This document shows, piece by piece, positions 1 through 9,402 of a DNA stretch of 64,000 bases. The DNA comes from Planctomycetota bacterium. Lineage in GTDB: Bacteria > Planctomycetota > SZUA-567 > H5-PLA8. A program made the position numbers and the translations under genes. The notes under the pieces are model-generated. The model searched no databases. It was not told the origin of the DNA and was given only the letters and a program-made list of their open reading frames with translations. Location: positions 21,827 through 85,826 of the forward strand of contig JBBRPR010000036.1 in the NCBI GenBank assembly GCA_038227875.1, read 5' to 3'. The first letter of the stretch is position 1, and every line of letters begins with the position of its first letter.

Positions 1-1452
1 CCGCTCTTTGGCGAGGAATTTAAAGCCAACGACGGTTTCATCGACGCGCAGATCCCGCTTAACGGACACGATCCCAAGTTTCTGCAGGAAGCCGGCGAGG
101 AGCAGCAGTATTGCGATCTGGCCACGAATGTCCGCCGCGCCGATCGCGTGCTCGCCTTGCAGGAAGCGCTCGCCGCCGGCCAGCTCGATCTGGGACTCTC
201 AGCTGAAGCCACGCAATCGCGCGTCGCGGCGCTGGCGAATGCGTCGCGCGGAGAACTCCTGCAGTCGTCCGGAACGAACTCCGCCGATCCGCAGACGATC
301 GCGCGCGTAACGCTGCGTGATCTGCGTTACTACCTTGAAAATCCCGCGCGCGCGGCCCTGCGCCGGCATCTCCGCGTTCAGACCGAATTCGATCTGGAGG
401 CCAGCGACGACGAGCCGTTCTACACCGACGACCGCGAGACCGATGCCGTGGTCCAGACCGCGCTGCAGCGCTTCGTCGCGAAGGCTTCCGTTCCCGACGC
501 GCCGGAGCCGGATTACAATTCGGAATTCGCGGAAGCATACGAAGACCGACGCCGCATGGGGCTGGCGCCCGATGGCGATTTCGCGGCCGCCGATCGCGCG
601 CGGCTGCGCGCGGTGCTCCGCCAGCGCATTGAAGGCGTGACCGGTTCGCTCTCCGAATTTGTCGACACGCGCGGCAAGCCCGCGTTTCTCGGACGCATAC
701 AGATCGGCCAGAGCCGCGTGCCGGCTGGCGCGCAGCTCCACTTTCCCGCGCTTCGCATCCCGCTCGAACGCGGCGGTGCGCCGCTGGATGTTCAGGTCAG
801 TGGATCGTGGGACTTGGTCTGGCGCGCCAGCGACCGCCTCGATCTCGCCGTCGTGCTTCATGGAAGCGACGACATCGACGGCCGGGAACTCTCCAAGCAT
901 CTCTTCGAACCGGTGCTCTTCTACCTGGCGCTGCTGGCCGGCGAGGACAAAAACGCAGGCGGACAATCCTCGTCGGAATGGGTCGGCGCGCGGCCGCTTC
1001 GCTTATCAGTGGCGTTCGATACAAACATCGCCGAATTTACCTATGCAGGCATCGAACCGGATGCGGCGCGCGCGTATTTGAAATCGCTCGCCGCCGATTT
1101 CCTTGCGACGGGCACGTTCGATAACTTGCCATTCAAAACCGCCAGCCACCGGACGCTGAACGCGGCTTATATGGGAGAAGACGGCCCGGAACTGAGCACG
1201 CTGCGCCAATATTATGTCGAGCGTTTTCAAACTGCGCTCGATCAGGAATTCGACACGGAAAACACCGGCGAGCCGCGCATCGATCCGCTCGAATTGATCG
1301 AACTGCATGTACCCGACGACGCGTTCGAGAAAATCCGCCGCCGCTTCCGCCTGCTGGATCTCGGACCGCGCGTCAATCGCAACGCCGCCGCTGAAGAAAA
1401 ATCCAAGCCGCGCGCCACCGGCACGATTACGGGGAGCGCCAAAAAGAAATGA
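1..1452 (+). CDS. recC: Exodeoxyribonuclease V gamma subunit, C-terminal part (5'-truncated by window)
   Basis: Frame 1 is open from base 1 (PLFGEEF...). RecC C-terminal-like segment 'VTLRDLRYYLENPARAALRRHL...DDEPF'. Stop overlaps the recB start (ATGA) in the canonical recC-recB-recD order. Confidence 0.82.
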   Translation, partial: PLFGEEFKANDGFIDAQIPLNGHDPKFLQEAGEEQQYCDLATNVRRADRVLALQEALAAGQLDLGLSAEATQSRVAALANASRGELLQSSGTNSADPQTIARVTLRDLRYYLENPARAALRRHLRVQTEFDLEASDDEPFYTDDRETDAVVQTALQRFVAKASVPDAPEPDYNSEFAEAYEDRRRMGLAPDGDFAAADRARLRAVLRQRIEGVTGSLSEFVDTRGKPAFLGRIQIGQSRVPAGAQLHFPALRIPLERGGAPLDVQVSGSWDLVWRASDRLDLAVVLHGSDDIDGRELSKHLFEPVLFYLALLAGEDKNAGGQSSSEWVGARPLRLSVAFDTNIAEFTYAGIEPDAARAYLKSLAADFLATGTFDNLPFKTASHRTLNAAYMGEDGPELSTLRQYYVERFQTALDQEFDTENTGEPRIDPLELIELHVPDDAFEKIRRRFRLLDLGPRVNRNAAAEEKSKPRATGTITGSAKKK

Positions 1453-4400
1453 GCGCACTCGATCAGATTAAACCCGGCTCGCACGCCATTTTCGAAGCCT
1501 CCGCCGGCACGGGAAAGACCTACACCGTCGAGCAGCTGGTACTCCGTTTCCTGCGCAATGGCGTGCCGCTCGAACAGATTCTCATCGTCACGTACACGGA
1601 AAAAGCCGCGGCCGAATTGCAGGACCGTCTGCGCAGCGCGATCACCGCCGTCGCGCGCGACGTGACCCAGTCGTCAGAAACGATGACCCACGCGCTGGAA
1701 CGCTACGACGACGCGCAGATTTTCACGATTCATGCGTTCTGCCTGCGCATCCTGCAGCAATTTCCGTTCGATCACGGCCACAACCCGCGCGCCAAGATGA
1801 CCGCCGACGACGAAGTGATGGCCGCGTGTCTGCGCGAAGTTCAGCGCGGCCAGTGGCCGGCCGCGTACCAGAAGGATCTGACCAGCCTGCTGGCCGTGGC
1901 GCGATTCAATCTCGACAGCGGCGGTTCCGAGTGGGATAAAAAAATCTCGCGGCTGGCCAACAGCTTCCGTCCCGACTGCAATCACAAGCTGGAACCTGAT
2001 CAGACGATCGCCGCCCAGGATCTGCGCGACCTGCGCGAGCATTTCACCGCGGAACTCGCGGAGATCACGCGCCTGGCCGGCGCGCACGATCCAAAAGCGC
2101 ACTTGCACCAGCATCCGTTTTATGTCGGGTATGGGCAGCTCAAATTTAATTCGACCTGGCGCGATTCGCGCTGCCGTAAGTATCTCGTCCCGATCCTGCT
2201 GTGGATTTCGGATCCCGAATCCAAGGTGGACGCCATCGCCTCGTTCGCCCGTGCGTACAACGCGTGCATCAGCGCCGATAAAAAATTCGACGGGTTCGAT
2301 GTTCTGTCGCGGGACGCCAAGCAGGTGAACACCGCCTGCCAGCATCTCGAAGAGATCTGCCAGCGCCTCGACGCGCTCCGGGCGCGGTTGGCGCAGATCG
2401 AATACGTCCTCGCCAGCGGCACCATCAAGGATCTGCTCAATCACATGGACCGCTACAAGCAGGAACGCGGCCTGCACAGCTTCGAGGATTTTCTCACGCG
2501 GGTTGCGCGCGCATTAAAGCCCGAATTCAATCCCCGCGCCGCGGATCTGATCCGCACGCTGCGGAAGAAGTACCGCGTCGCCATCGTCGACGAATTCCAG
2601 GACACCGATCCGCTGCAGTGGAGCATTTTCAAAACGATTTTCGTCGACGACACCGACGAGCACCAACTCGTTCTCGTCGGCGATCCGAAACAGGCGATCT
2701 ACTCGTTCCGCAACGCCGACGTCAACACGTACCTGCAGGCCCGCGAGGAGCTCAAAATGCGCGGCGCCAACGTCGTGCGGCTGGAGACCAACTTCCGGTC
2801 CTGCGTGCCGCTGGTTCACGGGCTCAACACGCTCTTCCGCGACGGAACTTTCTTCCCGGGCAACTCGGGGATCGGCTACGACGACGTCCTGCCCGCGCCC
2901 GACGGTTCACGGCCGGAAACAACTCTCGATCAGACCGGCCGCAAGGCGATCACGGTCGTCAACTTTCCGCCCGACACCAGCGGCGCGGCGGCGCGGCGCC
3001 AGATGTCGCAGTTTGTCGCTGAAGAAATCGCACGGCTGCTGCGGCCGCAGGCCGGCAAGCCGATGCTTGCGTTTGAAAATCGCGGCAAAGAGGAGATCGT
3101 CCGCGCCGACAGCATTGCGGTGCTGCTCTTCCGTCGCGCCGAATCCCGCTGGATCGAAGAACAGCTCCGCCAGCGCGGCATCCCGTTCATCTTCTATAAA
3201 AAGACCGGCATCTGGCAGTCGGACGAAGCGATCCACCTCAACATCGTCCTCAAGGCGCTCGCGCGCACCGACCAGCCCGCGCTCTTCCGCGAAATGCTGC
3301 TCACGCGCTTTTTCGGCGTGCGGCCCGAAGACGTCGCCGCCTTCGAACACTCGTCGCAAACCGATCTGCTCCACCGGCTTTTCCTGCGCTGGCGGGAACT
3401 CTGCGACCGACGGCGCTGGGCGGAACTGTTCCGCTCCATTCTCGAAGACACCGGCACGCTCAGCGCCGAATTCGGAGCGTTCGACGGTTCGCGCCGCGTC
3501 GCCAACTTCCGCTACATCACGCAGGAACTTTCGCGCGCGGCGTACGAGCGCGGACTCTCGCTGATCGACATCGTCGACCTGCTTCAGCACAAACGCATGA
3601 CGTCCGGCGAAGACGAATCCGGTCTGCAGCCGCTGGAGACCGAACGCCCGACCGTGAAGCTGATGACCATTCACGCGAGCAAAGGGTTGGAATTTCCCAT
3701 CGTCTTCCTCGCCGGCGGTTTCACGGGCAAAAAGGTCCGGTCGTTTTTGAAGTACCACGATGATTCCGGGCGGCTGGTCTTCAACCTCGACTCCAGCCAC
3801 GAAGCCGGAAAAGAAAAAGCGAAACAGGAAGAGCGCGAGGAGTCTCACCGTCTGCTCTACGTCGCGCTGACGCGCGCGATGCTCAAACTTTACATCCCGA
3901 GCGTTCCCAAGTCGCGCTTCTCCGATGGCGTAGTTTCAGAAATCCTCACGCCCGCCTTGACCACAGCGAAGCTCGATCATTCGGAATACGCCGGGTTCAT
4001 CCCACCGCCGCCCCGCGCGACTGCGGGCAGTCCGTCCACACCCGTGGCGGCCGTGATCGATGAACACCTAGTGAAAATCAAGCTCGCTGAACCGCTGATG
4101 CCCGGCGTCGATCTCGGGCGGCTCGCGTTGCGCCGCGTGGAATTGCAATCGTTCTCGCGGCTCGTTCATCACACGCCGGTCGTGCAGATTCCCGTGCTCG
4201 ATCGCCCCGCCCGCGCCGACGACGATGCGCGTCCCGAGGAGCTCGCCAAGGACGATCTGCCGCCCGGCGCGGCCGCCGGCGACGTGCTCCATTCACTGAT
4301 CGAGACCATTGAGTTCGCCACCGTTCGCGACGCGACAGACAGCGCCGCGTTGCTCGTTGAGAAGAGCATCCCGCGCCTACTGATCGAACGCAGCCTGCGC

Positions 4401-4991
4401 ACAAACATGCCGGAAGGCGCCGACGACCCGGACGTCTTCTCGCGCCGCAGCAAGCGCGTGGCAGAGTTGGTCTGGAATGCGCTGCGTACACCGCTGCCAC
4501 AATTAAAGGGCACGCCGCTCAGCGCGCTCGAACCGCGGCAGCGGCTGCACGAACTCGAATTCCACATGCCCTTCCAGATGAACCCCGGCAAGAATCTTCC
4601 GGCGGAAGTGAGCGCCGGAGAGGGTTTCATGACCGGCTTCATGGACTTGGTCTTCACGCACGGCGGCCGTTACTTTCTGCTCGACTGGAAAAGTAATTCC
4701 CTCGCGTCGTACACCGCCGACGACTTGGCGCGCGACATGGACGCGCGGCAGTACCACCTTCAATACCGCATTTATTTGCAGGCGCTCAGCCGCTGGTTGC
4801 GCGTCACGCACAAGACCGCCAATCCGGCATCGCTGATCGGCGGCGTCCTCTACATTTATCTGCGCGGCATGAACGTGGCCGATCCCACGCGCGGCGTCTT
4901 CTTCCGCGAACCCACGGCCGACGACTTCGATGAGCGTACGCTGGCTGATGCGTTGCGCGCCCAGGCCTTTGCCGGGAGGTCCGCGCCATGA
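1449..4991 (+). CDS. recB: Exodeoxyribonuclease V beta subunit (SF1 helicase + PD-(D/E)xK nuclease)
   Basis: EASAGTGKT, VDEFQDTDPLQW, VGDPKQAIYSFR, MTIHASKGLEF, RLLYVALTRA; C-terminal nuclease GFMDLVF...LLDWKSN...YHLQYRIY. Confidence 0.95.
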   Translation: MSALDQIKPGSHAIFEASAGTGKTYTVEQLVLRFLRNGVPLEQILIVTYTEKAAAELQDRLRSAITAVARDVTQSSETMTHALERYDDAQIFTIHAFCLRILQQFPFDHGHNPRAKMTADDEVMAACLREVQRGQWPAAYQKDLTSLLAVARFNLDSGGSEWDKKISRLANSFRPDCNHKLEPDQTIAAQDLRDLREHFTAELAEITRLAGAHDPKAHLHQHPFYVGYGQLKFNSTWRDSRCRKYLVPILLWISDPESKVDAIASFARAYNACISADKKFDGFDVLSRDAKQVNTACQHLEEICQRLDALRARLAQIEYVLASGTIKDLLNHMDRYKQERGLHSFEDFLTRVARALKPEFNPRAADLIRTLRKKYRVAIVDEFQDTDPLQWSIFKTIFVDDTDEHQLVLVGDPKQAIYSFRNADVNTYLQAREELKMRGANVVRLETNFRSCVPLVHGLNTLFRDGTFFPGNSGIGYDDVLPAPDGSRPETTLDQTGRKAITVVNFPPDTSGAAARRQMSQFVAEEIARLLRPQAGKPMLAFENRGKEEIVRADSIAVLLFRRAESRWIEEQLRQRGIPFIFYKKTGIWQSDEAIHLNIVLKALARTDQPALFREMLLTRFFGVRPEDVAAFEHSSQTDLLHRLFLRWRELCDRRRWAELFRSILEDTGTLSAEFGAFDGSRRVANFRYITQELSRAAYERGLSLIDIVDLLQHKRMTSGEDESGLQPLETERPTVKLMTIHASKGLEFPIVFLAGGFTGKKVRSFLKYHDDSGRLVFNLDSSHEAGKEKAKQEEREESHRLLYVALTRAMLKLYIPSVPKSRFSDGVVSEILTPALTTAKLDHSEYAGFIPPPPRATAGSPSTPVAAVIDEHLVKIKLAEPLMPGVDLGRLALRRVELQSFSRLVHHTPVVQIPVLDRPARADDDARPEELAKDDLPPGAAAGDVLHSLIETIEFATVRDATDSAALLVEKSIPRLLIERSLRTNMPEGADDPDVFSRRSKRVAELVWNALRTPLPQLKGTPLSALEPRQRLHELEFHMPFQMNPGKNLPAEVSAGEGFMTGFMDLVFTHGGRYFLLDWKSNSLASYTADDLARDMDARQYHLQYRIYLQALSRWLRVTHKTANPASLIGGVLYIYLRGMNVADPTRGVFFREPTADDFDERTLADALRAQAFAGRSAP

Positions 4992-7021
4992 ACGACGACC
5001 GCGGCATCTCGCTGCAGCGCCTGTTCCCGACGTTCAACGCCGAACGGCTCCACCTTTTTCTGCGCGCAGCGGAATCGGGACTGGAGGCGATCGACTTCTA
5101 CACAATCAAGGATCTTCAGGATCTTTCCGGCTACAGCGACGACGACCTGGCGACGCTGCTGCTCTGCCAGTTCCTGGCCCTGCGCGAAGGCAGCGTCTGC
5201 ATTGAACTTTCTCCGGAAGCGCTCGCCCGCCGGCTCGAAGGACTCGCGAGCGCCGACGACGCTGCGCGCCACGCGGCGGCGATGCTCGCGGCGCTCCAGA
5301 AAAATCCGTATCCCGACCTGATCGGCACGCGCGACGACGCCACCCGGCCGCTCGTCCGCCCGGGAAAAGCCAAGCGCGATCTGCTCTACTTTCAGAAGCA
5401 CCTGCGCCACGAACGCGCGCTGAAAACGCTGCTCGATCAACGTCTCGCCGCGCCGCAGCACAGTGCCGACCTGAAAACGCTGCAGCCCCTGTTCAAGGCC
5501 AGCCTCGCCGCGCATGCGGCGGTCGGCGTGAATTTCAGCAGCGAACAGAAACTGGCCATCGCCCTCTCGCTGCTGCGGAATTTTGTCGTCATCTCCGGCG
5601 GGCCGGGCACGGGAAAAACGTCGGTGGTCTTCGCGCTGCTCAATTGCCTCATTCGCAACGGCACGCCGGCCGAACGCATCCAACTCGCCTGCCCGACCGG
5701 ACGAGCCGCTCAGCGCCTGACTGAATCCCTGCGCGCCGGCGCGGCGAAACTCGGCGGCGAGACTGCCGGCCCGCTCTCCAAACTCAGCGCCCAGACCGTC
5801 CATCGCCTGCTCGGCTACAATCCGCGCTCCGGCACGTTCGGTCAGCACCGCGAAAATCAGCTCTCCGCCGACGTGCTCATTGTCGACGAAGTCTCGATGA
5901 TGGACGTGGTCCTCATGTCGCGTTTTCTGGAAGCCTCCGCGCCGCACGCGAAGATCGTGTTCCTCGGCGACAAGGATCAGCTTCCGTCCGTCGACGCCGG
6001 CTCCGTACTAGCCGACCTGATGCCCCGTGACGGCAAGCCCGCGTTCAGCGAATCGGTCCGTGAAAAACTGACGCAGTTGACCGGCGTCGAACTTGTCGGA
6101 TCGCAGAGCAAAGAAGCGATGCGACTGGCCGACACTGTTGTGATCCTGAAGAAAAATTTCCGCTCGCAGCAGCAGATCACCGAGATCGCGCGCAGCATCA
6201 ACGATGTCGGCACGGATCCGGCGCAAGCCACGGCTGTCGTACAGAGAATTCCGGCGCTCAAACTGGAAGCGTCAAAGGCGGCTGGTTTCCCTTACACGTG
6301 GCCCGCACAAGCTGGCGGGTGTTTTCGCCTGGACCATGCGCACCATCCCGATGAATGGCGCGCCGTGCTCGATGCCTGGGCGCGTTTTCATTATGTCGAG
6401 AACGCTGGCTATCCCGAACTCGTCCGCCGCCTCGCCGTCAGCGACGATGGCGCGTTCACGCCGGAACTCGAAGCGGAGATCGCGAAGGTTTTCGCTGTCG
6501 TCAGCGGCGCGCGCGTGCTGACGCTGATCCGCGACGGCATCTGGGGCTGCGAAGGCGTCAATCTCCACCTCGCCCGTCTGCTTTCCGACGCCAACGACCG
6601 CCGCGGCAGCGCCGGCATTTTCCCCGGCGCGCCGGTGCTCGTGACATCCAACGACTACACGCTCGATCTGTTCAACGGCGACGTCGGAGTAACGTTGAAG
6701 ACCGCCGACGGCGCGCTGCGCGTGGTTTTCGAACGCCAGGACGAGTCCGGCCGCCGCAAGTTCATCAGCCTGCCTCACGACATCCTGCCGCAGCATGAAC
6801 TGGCGTTCGCGATGACCGTGCACAAAAGTCAGGGCTCGGAATACGGCCAAGTCCTGCTCGCGCTTCCGCCCGAAGGCGCGCAACGTCTACAGAACCGACA
6901 GCTTGTCTACACCGCGATCACGCGGGCGAAACAGGCTGCTGCTTGCTTCGGGGCGCCGACCGTGCTCAGCGCCGCAATTGCGCGCGCGCTGGAACGCTGC
7001 TCGGGCCTGACACAGGACTGA
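4988..7021 (+). CDS. recD: Exodeoxyribonuclease V alpha subunit (5'-3' helicase)
   Basis: ISGGPGTGKT, PTGRAAQRL, TVHRLLG, VDEVSMMD, LGDKDQLPSV, FNGDVG, AMTVHKSQGSEY, LVYTAITRAK; ATGA overlap with recB. Confidence 0.95.
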   Translation: MNDDRGISLQRLFPTFNAERLHLFLRAAESGLEAIDFYTIKDLQDLSGYSDDDLATLLLCQFLALREGSVCIELSPEALARRLEGLASADDAARHAAAMLAALQKNPYPDLIGTRDDATRPLVRPGKAKRDLLYFQKHLRHERALKTLLDQRLAAPQHSADLKTLQPLFKASLAAHAAVGVNFSSEQKLAIALSLLRNFVVISGGPGTGKTSVVFALLNCLIRNGTPAERIQLACPTGRAAQRLTESLRAGAAKLGGETAGPLSKLSAQTVHRLLGYNPRSGTFGQHRENQLSADVLIVDEVSMMDVVLMSRFLEASAPHAKIVFLGDKDQLPSVDAGSVLADLMPRDGKPAFSESVREKLTQLTGVELVGSQSKEAMRLADTVVILKKNFRSQQQITEIARSINDVGTDPAQATAVVQRIPALKLEASKAAGFPYTWPAQAGGCFRLDHAHHPDEWRAVLDAWARFHYVENAGYPELVRRLAVSDDGAFTPELEAEIAKVFAVVSGARVLTLIRDGIWGCEGVNLHLARLLSDANDRRGSAGIFPGAPVLVTSNDYTLDLFNGDVGVTLKTADGALRVVFERQDESGRRKFISLPHDILPQHELAFAMTVHKSQGSEYGQVLLALPPEGAQRLQNRQLVYTAITRAKQAAACFGAPTVLSAAIARALERCSGLTQD

Positions 7022-7060
7022 GTACGGCGCGTCACAAGTAAACGAGTACGTTGGTTTTTG

Positions 7061-7082
7061 GTGGTTGCAAATTTGCAACCAC
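7061..7082. repeat. Perfect 22-bp palindrome GTGGTTGCAAATTTGCAACCAC between convergent genes
   Basis: The sequence equals its own reverse complement; function unknown. Confidence 0.8.
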
Positions 7083-7129
7083 GGTTTTGCGCACAATGTG
7101 GTGGGCATCAGGCAGCGCAGTAGTTAAGG

Positions 7130-9268
7130 CTACACCACTACCTGGAACATTACGTACCGTCCGACTTCAGCGAACTCAAAGAGAGCGCGTCCGTTGTCGA
7201 ACGTGACGTTGACCGGCGTCTCGCGTTCGGTGTCGCTGGCCAGGATGCGGTGGGCGATGACCTGGCGCGGGGCGTTCTCCATCTGCAGTGAAATACGCAG
7301 CCCGGTCGCCGGTGTTTCGTGCGTGTTGATCGCGTGCACGGCGATCGCGCCGCTGCGCGTCGTCACGGCTTCGACCACCACGTGTCCCTGCGCGACCTCT
7401 GCCTTCACCGGCAATCCGGCGTTGCACGCATACTCCAGTGCTTCAATCGCGGTCGACGCGTCTCCGTCGTGCAGCGAGGGCAGGTAGACCACGCGTCCTG
7501 TGCCGTGCCCGTGCTGCGTGGCGTACGGAAATTCCGGACCGCAAAGCGCCGCAATCGCCGGTTGCGGACGCACGCGCCGCCATTCGTCGCGCCGGCCGGT
7601 GGAACTTAGCGCCAGCAGTCCGCCGCCCGTGGAAACATAGCGCTCCAGCTTGCGCACGATTTCGTCTGAAATGCATTCGCACCCGGCGAGCACCACGCAA
7701 CGGTAGCGCGTGAGGTCTTCCAACTGTTGCGCGTAGACCAGATCGAACGGGACGTTGTTCTCGATCAGCAGATTTTCCAGCGCCAGTTGCGCCGCGCCAT
7801 TGTCGCCTTCATCGAAAGAAAGGCTGGGCGTGTCGCGGTAGACGGCGATCGTGGAGACGGTGCGCGTGTCCAGCAGCAGCGTCTGCTTGTGCCGCGCGTA
7901 GAAATCCAGGTACGCGCGCAAGACCTTGAACTGCGCATCGCCGGCCACGCGGTGCTCCCAACCCGGCCCGAACCACGGCGACAACACGTCGCCGGCCACA
8001 CCAATGCCTTTGTTGTTGAACGCGAGCTGCAGGGCCAGGGTGGTCTCCAGCGCCGTGGTGCTGCTGGTATCGAGCGTCGATTCCGCCGCGCCGCCGAATG
8101 CGCGCGCGATTTTGAAATTCCGGATCGCCACGCGGTGCGCCGTGTTCACGCGCTCCATCGCGCCCTCCGGCGTCTCCGCAGCCGTCATCTCTTCGGCGTC
8201 CTGCGCTTCATAGGCGGCGCGCGGGTCGTTGCCGGATTCCGCGGACAGTTTCAGCGCGCGCGGCGGGCTGACTTCGGCGGTGATCGGTTCGTCTTCGAAC
8301 ACGTCGTCGCGCCGCGCCAATCCGGCGACGTCCAGATGCGGCAGCAGCTGCGGAACGCTCAGGCCATGCGTGGCATCGGCGAAGACATTCTGCGTCAGAA
8401 GTTCCGCCCCGACAGCGCACTGCGGGTTGCGCTTGAAAATTGCGCGCGACAGGCGCGAGACGCTCTGCGCCAGCGTGTGCGCCTTGAACTTGATCCATTC
8501 CTGTTCGTGCGGCGAATCGGCGGTCGACGCCATGCTCGCGCTGGCGGCCGAGAACACCGGCGGGCGGACGTGGGTGAAACTGTTGTGGCCGAAGCGTTCT
8601 TTGCCCGCGTGGCGCGTGCGATCTTCCTGAGCTCCATATTGCGCGCGCAGATATTCGCGGAAGAGGCCCACACAGATCGGACAGCGGCACGTATCGGGCT
8701 CGGCGTTGTAGCCGACGGAGTCGAAGTAGATCAGATCCGCGCCGAAGTCCACCGCCATGCCGCAAACGCGTTCGATGTAGCGCAGGAAACTTTCCGAGTT
8801 GTAGCACGGGCGCGCGGCGGGGCGACCCGGATGACCGCGCTCGGCGCTCCACAGATGACCGCCCTGGTCCGGCACAAATGTTCGGCCGTCGGAGTTGAAC
8901 TGCAGCCAGTTCTGTGCGTCGTTTTCTTCGGAAAGCAGCGTCTCGCTGGTCAGCGTGCCCAGCGCGACGACGGCAGCGACCTTGATCCCCCGCGCATGGG
9001 CGCGCGTGATGTAGTCGTGGACGCGCTCCATCTCGTCTTTTTCGAATTCGATGCCAAACCCGCTGAAGAAGCGCACGTACACCAGTGTTACGCCCGCGCG
9101 CACCAGGCTGTCGAGCGACGCGTCGGAGTAATTCAGGTCATAGTGCTCTTCAAAATCCGTGCGCTGCCCGCCCGCATATTTGCGCAACGTCGGCGGCGGC
9201 GGGAGGGTGACGGCGACCAGGCCCGCGTCGCGGATCCACTGCGGTTTGCTCTTCGAAAATTCAGACAT
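7130..9268 (-). CDS. Hypothetical glycoside-hydrolase-like protein (TIM barrel + beta-galactosidase trimerisation/GATase-like domain)
   Basis: AHARGIKVAAVV, IYFD, CRCPIC Cys cluster as in GH42-like enzymes; 'NVPFDLV...LTRYRCVVLAGCECISD...LERYVSTGGGLL' trimerisation-like domain; no signal peptide. Confidence 0.6.
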   Translation of the reverse strand: MSEFSKSKPQWIRDAGLVAVTLPPPPTLRKYAGGQRTDFEEHYDLNYSDASLDSLVRAGVTLVYVRFFSGFGIEFEKDEMERVHDYITRAHARGIKVAAVVALGTLTSETLLSEENDAQNWLQFNSDGRTFVPDQGGHLWSAERGHPGRPAARPCYNSESFLRYIERVCGMAVDFGADLIYFDSVGYNAEPDTCRCPICVGLFREYLRAQYGAQEDRTRHAGKERFGHNSFTHVRPPVFSAASASMASTADSPHEQEWIKFKAHTLAQSVSRLSRAIFKRNPQCAVGAELLTQNVFADATHGLSVPQLLPHLDVAGLARRDDVFEDEPITAEVSPPRALKLSAESGNDPRAAYEAQDAEEMTAAETPEGAMERVNTAHRVAIRNFKIARAFGGAAESTLDTSSTTALETTLALQLAFNNKGIGVAGDVLSPWFGPGWEHRVAGDAQFKVLRAYLDFYARHKQTLLLDTRTVSTIAVYRDTPSLSFDEGDNGAAQLALENLLIENNVPFDLVYAQQLEDLTRYRCVVLAGCECISDEIVRKLERYVSTGGGLLALSSTGRRDEWRRVRPQPAIAALCGPEFPYATQHGHGTGRVVYLPSLHDGDASTAIEALEYACNAGLPVKAEVAQGHVVVEAVTTRSGAIAVHAINTHETPATGLRISLQMENAPRQVIAHRILASDTERETPVNVTFDNGRALFEFAEVGRYVMFQVVV

Positions 9269-9348
9269 GGATGCTCCAGAGTGCGTACATTTTTAGCGTG
9301 GAAGAAAGGTACGCCGTGCGGTCCGGTTGCGCAAGAGGAGGGGCGTGG

Positions 9349-9396
9349 ATGTGTGAGAAGGAGCAAGCGGCTGTATGCTTGCTCCTTCTCACACAT
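9349..9396. repeat. 20-bp perfect inverted repeat (8-nt loop) just downstream of the U32 gene
   Basis: ATGTGTGAGAAGGAGCAAGC / GCTTGCTCCTTCTCACACAT; no U-tract on the minus strand. Confidence 0.75.
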
Positions 9397-9402
9397 TCAT
9401 TG

